DNA of 64,000 nucleotides, from positions 512,001-576,000 of the forward strand of contig CAXWPJ010000012.1 of the NCBI GenBank assembly GCA_963664115.2, written 5' to 3'. The stretch comes from Terriglobia bacterium. GTDB taxonomy: Bacteria; Acidobacteriota; Terriglobia; 20CM-2-55-15. The notes below the pieces were generated by a model. It was not told where the DNA came from, made no database searches, and saw nothing but the letters and a program-made list of their open reading frames with translations. Positions 44,655 through 55,659 of the stretch are shown in pieces (the first letter of the stretch is position 1; each line of letters opens with the position of its first letter). The position numbers were made by a program, and so were the translations under genes.

Positions 44655-46027
44655 CACGTGAGTGTGAACAAAAAGGAGTCCGAGATGAAGAATAAGACGA
44701 TTGCAGTCGATCTGGCAAAGAATGTTTTTCAAATTGGTGTTTCAGATCGCCCCGGGCATGTAGAGAAAACCTATCGTTTAAGTCGGGCAAAGTTTCTGGG
44801 GTTCTTTGCGAACCAGGAGCTGGCGACCGTGGTGATGGAAGCCTGCGGATCCGCCCATTACTGGGGCCGGAAGATCCGGGAACTGGGACACACGGTCGTT
44901 CTGATCTCGCCGCAGTATGTGACGCCCTACGTCAGGCGCAACAAGACCGACCGTACGGATGTGAAGGGATTGTTGGAAGCCTATCGCGACAGCGATATTC
45001 ATCCGGTCCCGATCAAGACGCTGGCCCAACAGCAACTGACCTCATTGCATCGAATCCGTTCGGCGTGGATGCGAACCCGAACCGCACGGATCAATACGGT
45101 GCGGGGGTTGTTACGGGAGTTTGGCTACGTGATCCCGACCGGAGCGGATCATCTGGTGCCGGGGGTAATGGAGCTGATCGAAGATGCAGATGTCGTCATC
45201 CCCAGTGTCGTTCGGGAGATGTTTCACCAGGTGTGTGGCGAGATCCGTGAATTGGAATCTCGCATGCGATCGGTGGAACAAGAGTTGAAGACGCTGGCTC
45301 GGCAGATGCCTGAGGTCGCGCGTCTGACGTCGATTCCCGGCATCGGCCTGTTAACGGCAACGGCAATGGTGGGGTTTGTTGAAAACATCAAACGATTCCG
45401 AACGTCCCGCCATTTTGCCAGTTATCTGGGACTCACACCCCGGGAACATTCCAGTGGCAACCAGCGACGCATGGGCCGGATCAGTAAGCAAGGCGATCGT
45501 TACCTCCGGATGCTGTTGGTTCATGGGGGCCGTTCCCTGTTGTGGAGTGCCCATCGAGAGGGCGCCACACCGACACCTCTCCAGCAATGGGGTCTCCAGA
45601 AACACGAGTTCCGCGGACACAACAAGGCAATCGTTGCACTGGCCAACAAGTTGGCGCGTCGCGTGTGGGCGGTTTGGAACCGTGACTGTGACCATCAGGC
45701 CCGGTATCAGGCGGCCTGACCCGGAACAGTCGGAATATCTTTTCAGCGAGCTGCGATGAGGTTCGAGATGATGGCGTACCGGTCAGACCGGCGCGGGGCA
45801 ACGCCGACAAGTCCTTTGGCCCTTAGAGGCCGTTATTTTATCGGTTGGCTCCCCGCGCGCAAATTTCCATCATGGCCCGGAACAATACAGTTCCACTTTT
45901 GAGGCCGAAGATACGGGTGCAGTCGACTAGCTACTCACCTCGTAACTTCTAGTCAGTCCTGCTGAATGCATTTTGCCGAAGAAAGCTGACGGGAGAGCTG
46001 CGCCTACTTGACAGAGGAGTCCAGATA
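44655..46027 (+). mobile_element. IS110-family (IS1111-type) element, left end lost; transposase 44685-45719
   Basis: AVDLAKNVFQ, MEACGSAHYW, KTDRTD and SSG motifs; 300-bp 3' noncoding region ending GGAGTCCAGATA. Confidence 0.9.
45760..45930 (+). ncRNA. Candidate bridge/seek RNA of the IS1111-type element (limits approximate)
   Basis: Stem GCGCGGGG/CCCCGCGC enclosing CAAGTCCT (reverse complement of array-site AGGACTTG); second hairpin contains AGATAC, matching the IS end junction. Confidence 0.6.
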
Positions 46028-46038
46028 CAGGACTTGAG
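46028..46038 (+). repeat. Array site, right part, abutting the IS110 end
   Basis: CAGGACTTGAG. Confidence 0.8.
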
Positions 46039-46099
46039 CGGTTAGATCATCTACCGTGCGGACTGACTTCCCGTAGTCCAGTTCTAGGAATTGTCTCGG

Positions 46100-47041
46100 T
46101 CACGACTCTATCGCGAAGTCCATCCCCAATAAGCTCTCGCGCAGGAGAGCAGTGTCGCCAATATCATCGCCATATAGGACACCAATGACGGCGGCGTGGA
46201 GAGCACGAAATCGCGCCATGATTTGGATCGGCTTTTCGACCGCTCCATAGCTATCCCAAAATACTTCGCGACCCTCGGGTGGCAGAAAACCGAACGCAAT
46301 AGCCAAATCCATACTGGGGCTTCCTAGGTGGATGTCGCCCCAGTCAATCACGCCGCTTGGCAGTCCAAAGTTGTCCACAAGGATATGCTCCGCTGAAAAA
46401 TCGCCGTGTGACAATGTGTTCAACCGCGGTTGAAAGTCCGATGACATCTGTTCAACGATCCGTTCCCAAGGTGAAACGTCAGCAACCAATCCCTTTCCTC
46501 GAATCGTCAGAAGACTTGAGAGCAACTGTGGAATACGTTTTCCCATGTCAGCTCGGCCAAATTTATCTCCCGGAATTTCCAGATCTCCCGGATCAATGGC
46601 ATGTAGAGTTGCTAAGAAATTCGCTAAGGGAGCAGCAAGTTCCTTCCTCTGCTCTCGCGTCAATCCAACACTCAGTGCCGTGGTGCCTGGAAGAAAGCGA
46701 TAGCCCGCAAACGGCCAATCATACTCTTGTGTTGGCTTACCAACCCATCTTGGTACTGGGATAGGGAAAGGCAACTGAGCTGCAATTCGAGGAAGGACGC
46801 GAGTTTCCGTCTGCAGCAGTTCCACCGCTATCTCTCGGCGAGGAAACCGGAAAACCCAAGTCCTGTTCACTACGTAGGCCGTATTGTCCCAACCCTCACC
46901 TAGAAGTTGGATATGCGCAGGTCGAAGCTCCGGGAATTGGCTTTCGATCAGACGAACGGCCGCATCTGGCATCACGATATGCTCAGGTAGCCAAGGTTTA
47001 CCGGTAGGCATTACTGAAGAGAGTACCAGTCTGGAGTTCAA
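46100..47041 (-). CDS. Aminoglycoside phosphotransferase-like kinase (start probably 47011 or 46972)
   Basis: GEGWDN, VFRFPR, HGDFSAEHIL and IDWGD motifs; single-gene interval. Confidence 0.9.
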   Translation of the reverse strand: MNSRLVLSSVMPTGKPWLPEHIVMPDAAVRLIESQFPELRPAHIQLLGEGWDNTAYVVNRTWVFRFPRREIAVELLQTETRVLPRIAAQLPFPIPVPRWVGKPTQEYDWPFAGYRFLPGTTALSVGLTREQRKELAAPLANFLATLHAIDPGDLEIPGDKFGRADMGKRIPQLLSSLLTIRGKGLVADVSPWERIVEQMSSDFQPRLNTLSHGDFSAEHILVDNFGLPSGVIDWGDIHLGSPSMDLAIAFGFLPPEGREVFWDSYGAVEKPIQIMARFRALHAAVIGVLYGDDIGDTALLRESLLGMDFAIES

Positions 47042-47074
47042 CGTCCGAGAAGATGATTTCTCGGGACTTGAGAA
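47035..47074 (+). repeat. 40-bp dif-like array site, intact
   Basis: AGTTCAACGTCCGAGAAGATGATTTCTCGGGACTTGAGAA. Confidence 0.95.
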
Positions 47075-47697
47075 TCATTTTCAAGGTCGGCAAATGGATT
47101 CGGCCAGATCAATCCGCCCCTTCCTGTTGGTCAAAACCCTTGAGCAGATCCTTGAAACTTTTTCAGACGTTCAGCGAGGCTGAGCGAATGGTCCGCACAC
47201 AGGAAGTATCCTTGATTGATAACCTCAGCTCGGTGGCTGGGTTCCTCGCTCGAAGGAACGAAAGCGACATCACAGCAGATGGGCTTGTCGCAATCTGAGC
47301 AGACGACCGTATTGTCACGGAGACGTGTTTCCTCCCCACGGGAAGAGCAATGGCAGTAACGGTCCATTTCTTGGACTCCGATATTGCATATTGCTGTCCA
47401 TGATCGAATTGAACCGTAACCGCTTGATATCGTGAGTGATCCTGCATTAGTAGGTGGCGGGCACATAGTCATGGTTTTGACGAAATCGCAGGTATTCGTC
47501 AGGGCCGCAACATTTTGACTGAATCTGGCGCCTTAAAACTGGCCAAAACCGTGACCCGGGCGGATGCTCGGCAGCGTGACGGCAGGACACGTCGCATTTT
47601 ACTGTTTCAGTTGATGGACCGTGGCTTGGGCCTCGCACTTCCACAGTCGGAATTTTAGTTTCCTTCCGTCAAAGAACGAGAATTACCCTGAGTTCAA

Positions 47698-47737
47698 TTC
47701 TCAAGGTCCGCGAAGATGATTTCTCGGAACTTGACCT
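47698..47737 (+). repeat. 40-bp dif-like array site, variant
   Basis: TTCTCAAGGTCCGCGAAGATGATTTCTCGGAACTTGACCT, then INIVLNWFEELKDRVPVP* remnant. Confidence 0.9.
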
Positions 47738-47814
47738 CGGAAATCAGGGTACGGGCACCCGATCCTTCAGTTCTTCAAACCAGTTGAGGACGATGTTGAT
47801 TTCGCCCGACTCAG

Positions 47815-47904
47815 AATCGAGAACCTTAGGGCTGGAGTGGTATAACTTGAAATCCGTCTCTTAGAAAGACAGCCCTTTTGTCCGAATTACTCTGACGACG
47901 TACA
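47815..47904 (+). mobile_element. Solo right end of the IS3-family element
   Basis: AATCGAGAACCTTAGG...TCTGACGACGTACA. Confidence 0.85.
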
Positions 47905-47941
47905 AGCCTCCGAATCACCAAGCCGAACGTGGAGAACCGAA

Positions 47942-48337
47942 ATGAACGACCAATTTGTACCGACAGACGATTTTGCCGAAATCGAAGAAATCGCCAATAG
48001 CGACAATGACAGACCGGTCCTGATGGTTAACTTGAACAAATATTTCGGAGGAGAATATCCAAACGGGACTATCTATAAAGATTACATGAAGGCATTGGAT
48101 GTCTTGTTGGAACAACACCTTCGGTCGAAAATACTTTAGCGAACGCCAGTTTATGGCACACCCCTTGGCACACAGCCTTTAGATGAGATTCTCGGTATAT
48201 GGTATCCGTCCCACAAGGCATTTCTTGCTCTAAAGGGTCAGGGAAAGGCTTCAGAAGAAAACTTCCGCTTGCGTAATTTGGCTGTGGAAAATGCCGTCGT
48301 TCATAGATGCCCAGAGGATGGTATTCCCAAGCCATAG
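47942..48337 (+). pseudogene. DUF1330-like protein, frameshifted
   Basis: PVLMVNLNKY in one frame and WYPSHKAFL in another. Confidence 0.6.
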
Positions 48338-48445
48338 TTAGCGAAAAGTTGAAGCGGTAGCCGCTGTCACGGTTGATAAAGGATTCGACGCCGCTAAACT
48401 TGACAAGGTGACGACTTGGGAATTGGATTACTGCCGCCTATCAAA

Positions 48446-48485
48446 TTCTCAATGTCCGAGAAGATGATTTCTCGGGACTTGACAC
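48446..48485 (+). repeat. 40-bp dif-like array site, intact
   Basis: TTCTCAATGTCCGAGAAGATGATTTCTCGGGACTTGACAC. Confidence 0.95.
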
Positions 48486-48563
48486 CGCCGTCATCGCAAG
48501 TGCCAAGCGTTGAAACGAAGAAATGCAGATAGGATGGTACGGTTTCTCAGCCGGAGCATCGCC

Positions 48564-49109
48564 GTGGCACTGACCGCAACCATCTACACCTTCTCTATCG
48601 AGCTGGCCGACGCTGATCGCGGGGTCTACGAGACGCTCGAACTCCGCCTCGCCCGCCATCCGTCGGAAACAGAGGACTATCTGGTCACACGCGTACTCGG
48701 GTACTGCCTGGCCTATGAGGAAGGCATCAGCTTCTCGAAGGGACTCCCCGACTCGGAAGAACCCCCCATCACGGTGCGCGACCTGACTGGCGCTCTGCGG
48801 GTGTGGATCGACATCGGGGCGCCCGCCGCGGCGCGTCTGCACAGGGCGAGCAAGGCCGCCCCCCGCGTTGTGGTCTTCACGCACAGGGATCCCGTGCGGC
48901 TCGTCCGCCAGTGGTCCGGCGAACGAATTCACCGCGCAGCGGAACTGGAGCTGTACAGTTTCGATCGAACGCTGATCGCCGCGATCGTGGCTCGACTGAA
49001 GCGTCGGATGTCGCTTGGGTTGTCGGTGACCGGAGGACATCTGTACGTCGCAATCGACGACGAGTCAGTGGATGGAGTCGTGGAGCAGCACGCACTTCCT
49101 ACGGAGTAA
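48564..49109 (+). CDS. yaeQ: YaeQ family protein
   Basis: ALTATIY, ARHPSET and FSKGL...WIDIG.P motifs. Confidence 0.9.
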   Translation: MALTATIYTFSIELADADRGVYETLELRLARHPSETEDYLVTRVLGYCLAYEEGISFSKGLPDSEEPPITVRDLTGALRVWIDIGAPAAARLHRASKAAPRVVVFTHRDPVRLVRQWSGERIHRAAELELYSFDRTLIAAIVARLKRRMSLGLSVTGGHLYVAIDDESVDGVVEQHALPTE

Positions 49110-49313
49110 TGTGCAGAGCCCCGACGAAATCGTCATGGAAGCGCTGTCAAGTTAAGCTGACTGGTGGCGTTTTGGCCCCCCTCCACCACTTCTAACTTGC
49201 GTACTGAGTCTGAAAGGCAAGAGTTAGAGGCAATGAGCGGGTCAAGTGCTGCCAAACGACCTTCCCGTCATCTGACCAACGCGCCTTGTTTCGGCCATTT
49301 GCCAAATGACGCC

Positions 49314-49338
49314 AAGATGATTTATCAGGACTTGAACT
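49314..49338 (+). repeat. Array site, core plus right arm only
   Basis: AAGATGATTTATCAGGACTTGAACT, followed by a degenerate kinase tail. Confidence 0.85.
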
Positions 49339-49468
49339 CGAAAACCAGGGGATCGGCTCCCGTTCCTTCAATTCCTAGAACCAGTTTTTGCCCCTCCATG
49401 GAGGTGGGGTTCCGGGAGCGCCAATTAAGATTGCGTCATTTGCTCGATAGGCAGCTAAATTAAGAGTC

Positions 49469-50317
49469 ATGAAATTCGGGATTTCGATTTTTGATACCGA
49501 TTATGCGATCCGGATCGACGAGGTGGCGCACGCAGTCGAAGAACGCGGTTTTGAGTCACTCTGGGTCCCGGAGCACACTCACATCCCCAAGAGCCGCCGG
49601 AGTCCCTGGCCCGGCGGGGCCGAGCTACCTAAAGAGTACTGGCACACGCATGATCCTTTTGTATCGCTCGCCGTAGCGGCTGCTGCCACAACCCGGCTGA
49701 AGATCGCTACCGGGGTCTGCCTAGTTGTGGAGCGCGACCCGATCACATTGGCGAAGGAGGTGGCAAGTCTGGATTTCCTCTCCGGCGGCCGGTTCATCTT
49801 TGGGATAGGCGGCGGCTGGAATGCGGAGGAGATGGAAAACCATGGCACGGACTTCGGGAAACGATGGCACGTCCTCCGCGAGCGGATCCTGGCCATGAAG
49901 GAAATTTGGATGAACGAGGAAGCAGAATTCCACGGCGAGTTCGTCAACTTCGAGCCGATCTGGTCCTACCCTAAGCCTGTCCAGAAGCCCCATCCACCAA
50001 TACTCTTGGGCGTTAACAAGCCTGCGGGGCGCCAGCATGTTGTCGACTACTGCGACGGTTGGCTCCCGCTAGCCGCACGAGCAGGCCGCTTGTCCGACGG
50101 CATCGTGGACCTGCGACAGAGAGCGGAGAAGGCCGACCGGGATGCGGCAACACTCTCGGTATCCGTGTACGGTGCCAGGCCTGACAAGGCCGCGGTTGAG
50201 GAATACGTGGCTGCGGGCGCCGAGCGTATTATCTTCACGCTGCCCGCGGCCGACCGCGATACCGTGCTGCCGATTTTGGATAATTGGAGGAAGCTGATTC
50301 AGGAACACGCGGGGTAA
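49469..50317 (+). CDS. LLM-class (F420-dependent-type) oxidoreductase
   Basis: GFESLWVPEH, LAKEVASLDFLSGGR and PKPVQKPHPP motifs. Confidence 0.9.
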   Translation: MKFGISIFDTDYAIRIDEVAHAVEERGFESLWVPEHTHIPKSRRSPWPGGAELPKEYWHTHDPFVSLAVAAAATTRLKIATGVCLVVERDPITLAKEVASLDFLSGGRFIFGIGGGWNAEEMENHGTDFGKRWHVLRERILAMKEIWMNEEAEFHGEFVNFEPIWSYPKPVQKPHPPILLGVNKPAGRQHVVDYCDGWLPLAARAGRLSDGIVDLRQRAEKADRDAATLSVSVYGARPDKAAVEEYVAAGAERIIFTLPAADRDTVLPILDNWRKLIQEHAG

Positions 50318-50361
50318 AAGGCAGAATCAAAACTAGCCTCGTTATGACGGAGGTTCAGAAA

Positions 50362-50660
50362 TCACGGCACCGGCACTCGTTCCTTCAGTTCTTCAAACCA
50401 GACTTCATGAGTGGGCGCTCACCCCGAATGATGAAAATCCCGTTTTGCGCCCTAAACACCCAGAAGGGAGCAAAACGCCCGTACTGAATCTAAAGAACTT
50501 ACCCCATATTTTCGTAACAGTTCAGGACGATGTTGATTTGGGGGCGGGCGGGTGCAATTACTTCGGTTCGGTCTGCCGCGAAGGCCATCAAGAACTGTTC
50601 GCCGTCGGGCGTGATGTCGTAGTCGCGATAGCTGATCTCCACCGTGAACTCTTCGATGGG
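50362..50660 (-). pseudogene. Two kinase/propeller C-terminal remnants
   Basis: WFEELKERVPVP* at 50362-50400 and YDITPDGEQFL...INIVLN at about 50520-50630. Confidence 0.7.
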
Positions 50661-51204
50661 AAACGTGGTTTCGTTCGTGAACCTGACACCCACGGAATTG
50701 CTTTACCTGTGCGGGATCCCCACAGCCGCCGGGATTGCAGCCCGGGCGCACTCAGCGGCCCCATGGGAGGGATGCTGCCCAACGTTCGGCAACACCGGAG
50801 AAGTTCTAACTGGAAGCTGGCCTCAAATTGCCTGTTGCGCAGACTGACGACGCGATCCGCCACGCCCGCATTACGACAGGGAATCAGGCGATAACTACAT
50901 CCATGAAGGAAGCCTTGCTCAAATCCTGCGCCGCCTCTCCAACAACGTATTGATCGCACGTGCTGCGTCGTCGGGATCACCAAACTTGCAGGGCTCGGTG
51001 TCGATAACAGTTTCATCGTAAAGCATAGTGAAGCCGGTCATGTTTCTGCCGAAGGCAAACATAGGATGGACCATCAACCAGCGCCCCATTTCTGTCCAAG
51101 CCTCAAGCAGTGGTGGGTGTTCCATGTCAATGGGCCTGGCCAGCCAACCGAACCAAGCCGCGAGGGTCAACCAGGCACGGGCAGCGCCGATAGGACGTGA
51201 TTTC

Positions 51205-51714
51205 TCAGCGAAACTCGGCCACGACGCCATCCCGAATAACTACAATAGTCCCGCCGAAGATCAGCTTTTCCGACTGCCTGCTGACAACTTGTGCGTCGGG
51301 TCTTCCGAAACGCTCAATCACGTCGGCCCGAGGGGAACCCACCAGAATCTGCCCAGTACCCGAGCTGTTGCCTCTAGAGGGCCGCGTCGCTATGGCTAGT
51401 CGGTCTGAACGCTCGACGATCCCGGTGCCGTAATACCCTGTACCGTAGCCGTCACCGTAGTACCTGCCAGGAAAGAAACCCCGATTCCCCAGTGTGACTA
51501 TGCCGATCACTTGGGTCGCTGTGCGGGGCTCAAATCCAGGTGCGACCTTCACGGCCCGTGGACCAACGAGAATCACTGTAGGACCGACGCCAACCGGATA
51601 GCCCAGAACACCCGGATAACCCAGGACCTCGGGATAGATAAGGTGCTGGGCGGCCAGGGCCGCAGGGAACACGATCAACGTTGCCAGAGCTGCAATGACT
51701 GCTTTACTCTTCAT
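51205..51714 (-). CDS. Secreted hypothetical protein
   Basis: Signal peptide; GGAGG RBS; 169 aa. Confidence 0.7.
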   Translation of the reverse strand: MKSKAVIAALATLIVFPAALAAQHLIYPEVLGYPGVLGYPVGVGPTVILVGPRAVKVAPGFEPRTATQVIGIVTLGNRGFFPGRYYGDGYGTGYYGTGIVERSDRLAIATRPSRGNSSGTGQILVGSPRADVIERFGRPDAQVVSRQSEKLIFGGTIVVIRDGVVAEFR

Positions 51715-51802
51715 ACCCGTTACCCCTCCACGGTTTGCGTGGAAAGGGACTCCTTTACCCTATCAGACGAGCGCAAGCTGTGAAAACGTTGGGTGGTCCA
51801 GA

Positions 51803-51815
51803 ATGTCAACGTCCG
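51803..51815 (+). repeat. Array site, left part (split by group II intron)
   Basis: ATGTCAACGTCCG. Confidence 0.85.
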
Positions 51816-52490
51816 GTCGAGTAGACCCGGGGAATTTCACCCCGAGTCCCTCACAGAACCGTGCTTGAACCTCTCGATTCACACGGCTCTTGCCAGCCGT
51901 TCGCCGACCACCTCACGGTGGGGGGCCGACACCCGATGAATCCGGCTCCTCCCGCTTGCGCGGTTGGCCAGTTCCAAAGAGCGAGCTGGCTCATCCCCTT
52001 CGCTCCCCTCCCATTACAAGAGGTTCATCACTACTACAGGATGATCCGCCCCTGAACTCCGCATCCGTACTCTCGCCCTCGTGGTTCTGGCCACTTGTGG
52101 CTTCTCCGTTAGCATCGAAGTTCAGGTTCCCACGTTCCGCTCAACCGCCTCTTGGTAAGCTCAGGCCACCTCTCATGCCGGAGGCCACTCCGCCCGTAAA
52201 CAGGTTCCGTCGGAGCTCGTCCCGCAGTATCTTCTCCCTGCGGTTTTGGCCATCGTCTTTAAATTTTCGACACTTCAACAGTGGTTCCCTTTCGGTCCTC
52301 TTCTTACCAGTCACCTGACCCAGTCATCGCCGGGCCTTTTCCTTCTGCGCTCACGACCATGGCTTTTGACCACAGCCGCCAGAGGTGGTTTGAAACCGAC
52401 GCCTGTACGCCGGCTCCGAGGGGCCCTCCCTCATCAGTTGAGTAGTTACGCACTCGATGACCTTGCGGCCCCCGAGCACTCGTGGCACAC
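51816..52490 (-). ncRNA. ORF-less group II intron (675 nt)
   Basis: 5' GUGUG; domain V GAGCCGUGUGAAUCGAGAGGUUCAAGCACGGUUC; domain VI ending ...CUACUCGAC; removing it restores an array site. Confidence 0.92.
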
Positions 52491-52517
52491 AGAAGATGAT
52501 TTATCGGGACTTGACCT
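52491..52517 (+). repeat. Array site, right part (split by group II intron)
   Basis: AGAAGATGATTTATCGGGACTTGACCT. Confidence 0.9.
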
Positions 52518-52526
52518 TGAAAATCA

Positions 52527-54127
52527 GAGTTATAACCGAATCTGGTGTTTGAGGGATTGAATAAGAGCGGCGTATCTGGTTGATTTGTTGTGACAAAACT
52601 TCAAAGCAACCATAGGAGATACGCCACTGTGAGCAAGAGTAACGTGAATGGACCGGAAGGTCGAGAAACGATTGAGGATCCAGTAACAGAACTACTACGA
52701 GTTGGGGCACAGCAACTGATCCAACGCGCAGTGGAAGCCGAATTGGCAGAGCTGCTATCCCAGCACGGTGGCCGGCGAACTGAGACAGGAAACGCCGGGG
52801 TGGTACGCAACGGTTATCTGCCGGAACGCGAACTGCAGACGGGATTGGGTCCGGTAACAGTCCAAATCCCGAAGGTCCGTGCCAAGACGGGCGAAGCTGT
52901 GACGTTCCGATCGGCCCTGGTACCACCGTACATTCGGAAGACGAAGTCGCTGGAAGCAGCGGTGCCGTGGTTGTATTTGAAAGGCGTTTCCAGCGGCGAG
53001 ATGGGTGAGGCCCTAAAAGTTCTTGTCGGTCCCCAGGCGCAGGGTCTGTCGGCGAGCACGGTATCGCGGTTGAAACAGGTTTGGGGCGAACAGTACCGCC
53101 TCGGATGCGAGGAGCGTTTGGATGCAGATCGCTGGGTCTATGTCTGGGCCGACGGCATCTACAGCGGACTTCGGGCGGAACAAACCAAGTTGTGTGCATT
53201 GGTCGTGATCGGCGTGAATGAACGCGGAGAGAAGCGTTTCCTGGCGATCGAAGACGGTGTACGGGAATCGACACAGAGTTGGCGCGAGGTCTTGTTGAAG
53301 CTGAAGTCCCGTGGGATGAATGTTCCGAAGTTGGCCATCGGTGACGGTGCGATGGGGTTCTGGGCCGCACTGGAGGAAATCTATCCCGAGACACGTCAAC
53401 AACGTTGCTGGATGCACAAAGTCATGAACGTCCTCAACTGCCTGCCCAAGTCGGTCCAGGCGAAGGCGAAACAGGCCCTGCACTCGATCTGGCAGGCCGA
53501 GACGAAGGCAGACGCCGAGAAGGCATTCGACTTGTTCATTGAAACCTATGAACCGAAGTATCCGAAAGCCACACTCTGCCTGCAGAAAGACAGAGAGGAA
53601 CTGCTGGCCTTTTACGACTTTCCGGCCAAGCACTGGCAGAGCATCAGAACGACGAATCCCATTGAGTCGACCTTTGCCACCATTCGACACCGAACGAAGC
53701 GATCCAGAGGTTGCCTGACACGGGATGGCATGCTGCACATGATGTTCAAACTGGGCCAGTGCGCTGAGAACAATTGGCGACGATTACGAGGATTCGATGA
53801 TCTGAGCAGAGAGTAACTGCTGGCCTTTTACGACTTTCCGGCCAAGCACTGGCAGAGCATCAGAACGACGAATCCCATTGAGTCGACCTTTGCCACCATT
53901 CGACACCGAACGAAGCGATCCAGAGGTTGCCTGACACGGGATGGCATGCTGCACATGATGTTCAAACTGGGCCAGTGCGCTGAGAACAATTGGCGACGAT
54001 TACGAGGATTCGATGATCTGAGCAAGGTAATCATCGGAGTGAAATTCAACGATGGTGTCGAAGCGACACAAGTCGATCAGGCCGCCGCTTGAATCAATCT
54101 CCTAAACACCACTTTTGACAATAACTC
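52527..54127 (+). mobile_element. IS256-family IS, copy 2, with internal 216-bp tandem duplication
   Basis: Same element as 10125-11509; 9-bp TSD TGAAAATCA at 52518-52526 and 54128-54136. Confidence 0.95.
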
Positions 54128-54274
54128 TGAAAATCAGGGAACCGGAAATCTAAGGATATGCAGGAGGTTCGCTATATTGCCGGGGCAAGTGCGTATCCAC
54201 TGTCTCGTAAGCTTCCCTGTCAAGGAGATAGAAAAGCTTACAAGATCAGTACGAGTGTCAGCTCAGGTTCCGTA

Positions 54275-55114
54275 CTACTGCAGCGCAGGCAGGTTCCTGC
54301 CGCCTGTCGCGACGAAGCTGACGCAGTCTCCCTGATTCTTGAAGACGCCGAAATCCTGCCATCCGCCCCTCTTGCACTGGTTCGCATTAGTGGGCAGCGT
54401 TGGCGGCGGTGGCAGCACTCGCTCGAACGCCACGGTATAGGTGGCTTGGCCTTCACCCCGGTCGGTATTGTCCCCAGAAGGGCGGGACGCCTGAAAAAAG
54501 GTCACCGTATAGGACTGGCCCGCGACTAGGGACAGGGCATCGACCGTTTTGATGTTAGGAAGAGGGGGGGGAGGGGAACCGAAGGCCTGCAAGAAACCGC
54601 GCTGGGTTCCCTGTGGAGGGGTCCAATCTCCAACATCACCACCCCAAGGGCCGGAGTTGCCCTCAATCACGCCGCCGAAGTTGGTATAGGTCCAAGGGAG
54701 TACCAGGGGTGACCCCGCCAGGTACTGAAACGCGCCGCTTGTTAAGTCCGGAACTTCGAATCCATCCTGAAATAACACCGTATTCGTCGCATCGTGCTCA
54801 ACCACCACGGCGTCGAGAAAGATCGTGGCGTCGACCCCGCCGCCGGGTTGGCCAGCGATGGGGGCGTCCGTCATGTTGAAGTTCAGCGTGTAGTCACCCG
54901 TTTGCGTTGGGACGAACCCTGCTGAGTACGGATTGTTTGGCCAGAGTTCCCCGGTGGCGGTGGTGCGCGTAAAGATTACCTCCGCCTGTGCCAACGCCTG
55001 AGGTGAGGCGAATAGTATCGCGCAGATCGCTACCAACGCTGCATTTGCAAGAAAGCTGTGCCTAAAACTCGACGAAAAGTTCGTAAGGGTCTTCGCGATT
55101 CTGACAGTGTTCAT
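54275..55114 (-). CDS. Secreted hypothetical protein
   Basis: Signal peptide; Pro linkers; C-terminal QCKRGGWQDFGVFKNQGDCVSF module. Confidence 0.8.
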   Translation of the reverse strand: MNTVRIAKTLTNFSSSFRHSFLANAALVAICAILFASPQALAQAEVIFTRTTATGELWPNNPYSAGFVPTQTGDYTLNFNMTDAPIAGQPGGGVDATIFLDAVVVEHDATNTVLFQDGFEVPDLTSGAFQYLAGSPLVLPWTYTNFGGVIEGNSGPWGGDVGDWTPPQGTQRGFLQAFGSPPPPLPNIKTVDALSLVAGQSYTVTFFQASRPSGDNTDRGEGQATYTVAFERVLPPPPTLPTNANQCKRGGWQDFGVFKNQGDCVSFVATGGRNLPALQ

Positions 55115-55475
55115 TCCACACTCCTTGTGTGTTTACAGTGATCGTTTCCTACGACATCATGAGGGGGCAACTGGATCCCGCCCCAGATCGATAATGCTCG
55201 GGCCGCAGTTCAATACCTGCTACCTTACCCATGACATTCATCGCTCAAGTGGCTGTTTTCGGGAACCAGATCGAGGGCCTAGTGTGGCGCTTGCAGAAGG
55301 TTTGCAGTTCTCACTGTGTGAGTTTCCTACTCTCGCAGCCCACAGCAAACAACTCGTGGGTTCCGCTGACTCCCTGTCAAGCGTTCCAATGTCACACTAA
55401 TGAGTGTAACGCCTAGGAATGTAGCGGAAGCTGTGTCTGTAGTGCAACTAGGAAAATAGCGAACGAGCCCGATTT

Positions 55476-55546
55476 GCGGATAAGCGGTTCAAGCATGGGC
55501 TGACGACTACGGCGGCGCTGACATTGTCGTAGTATGTTACTTAACC
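55476..55546 (-). repeat. Family-2 repeat (copy D, inverted)
   Basis: Begins GCGGATAAGCG, the reverse complement of the conserved CGCTTATCCGC end. Confidence 0.7.
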
Positions 55547-55596
55547 TGCCACTTTCAACTCGGGCACCTCGCCATCTCAACCATAACAAAGTCCAC

Positions 55597-55659
55597 CATT
55601 CCTCCCTTACCCAGGAGTGTCCCGATCTCGTAGTGACCGAGTTTGGTGCCCGATTGCAT
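55597..55659 (-). pseudogene. Second Ser/Thr kinase N-terminal stub
   Basis: MQSGTKLGHYEIGTLLGKGGM. Confidence 0.85.
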
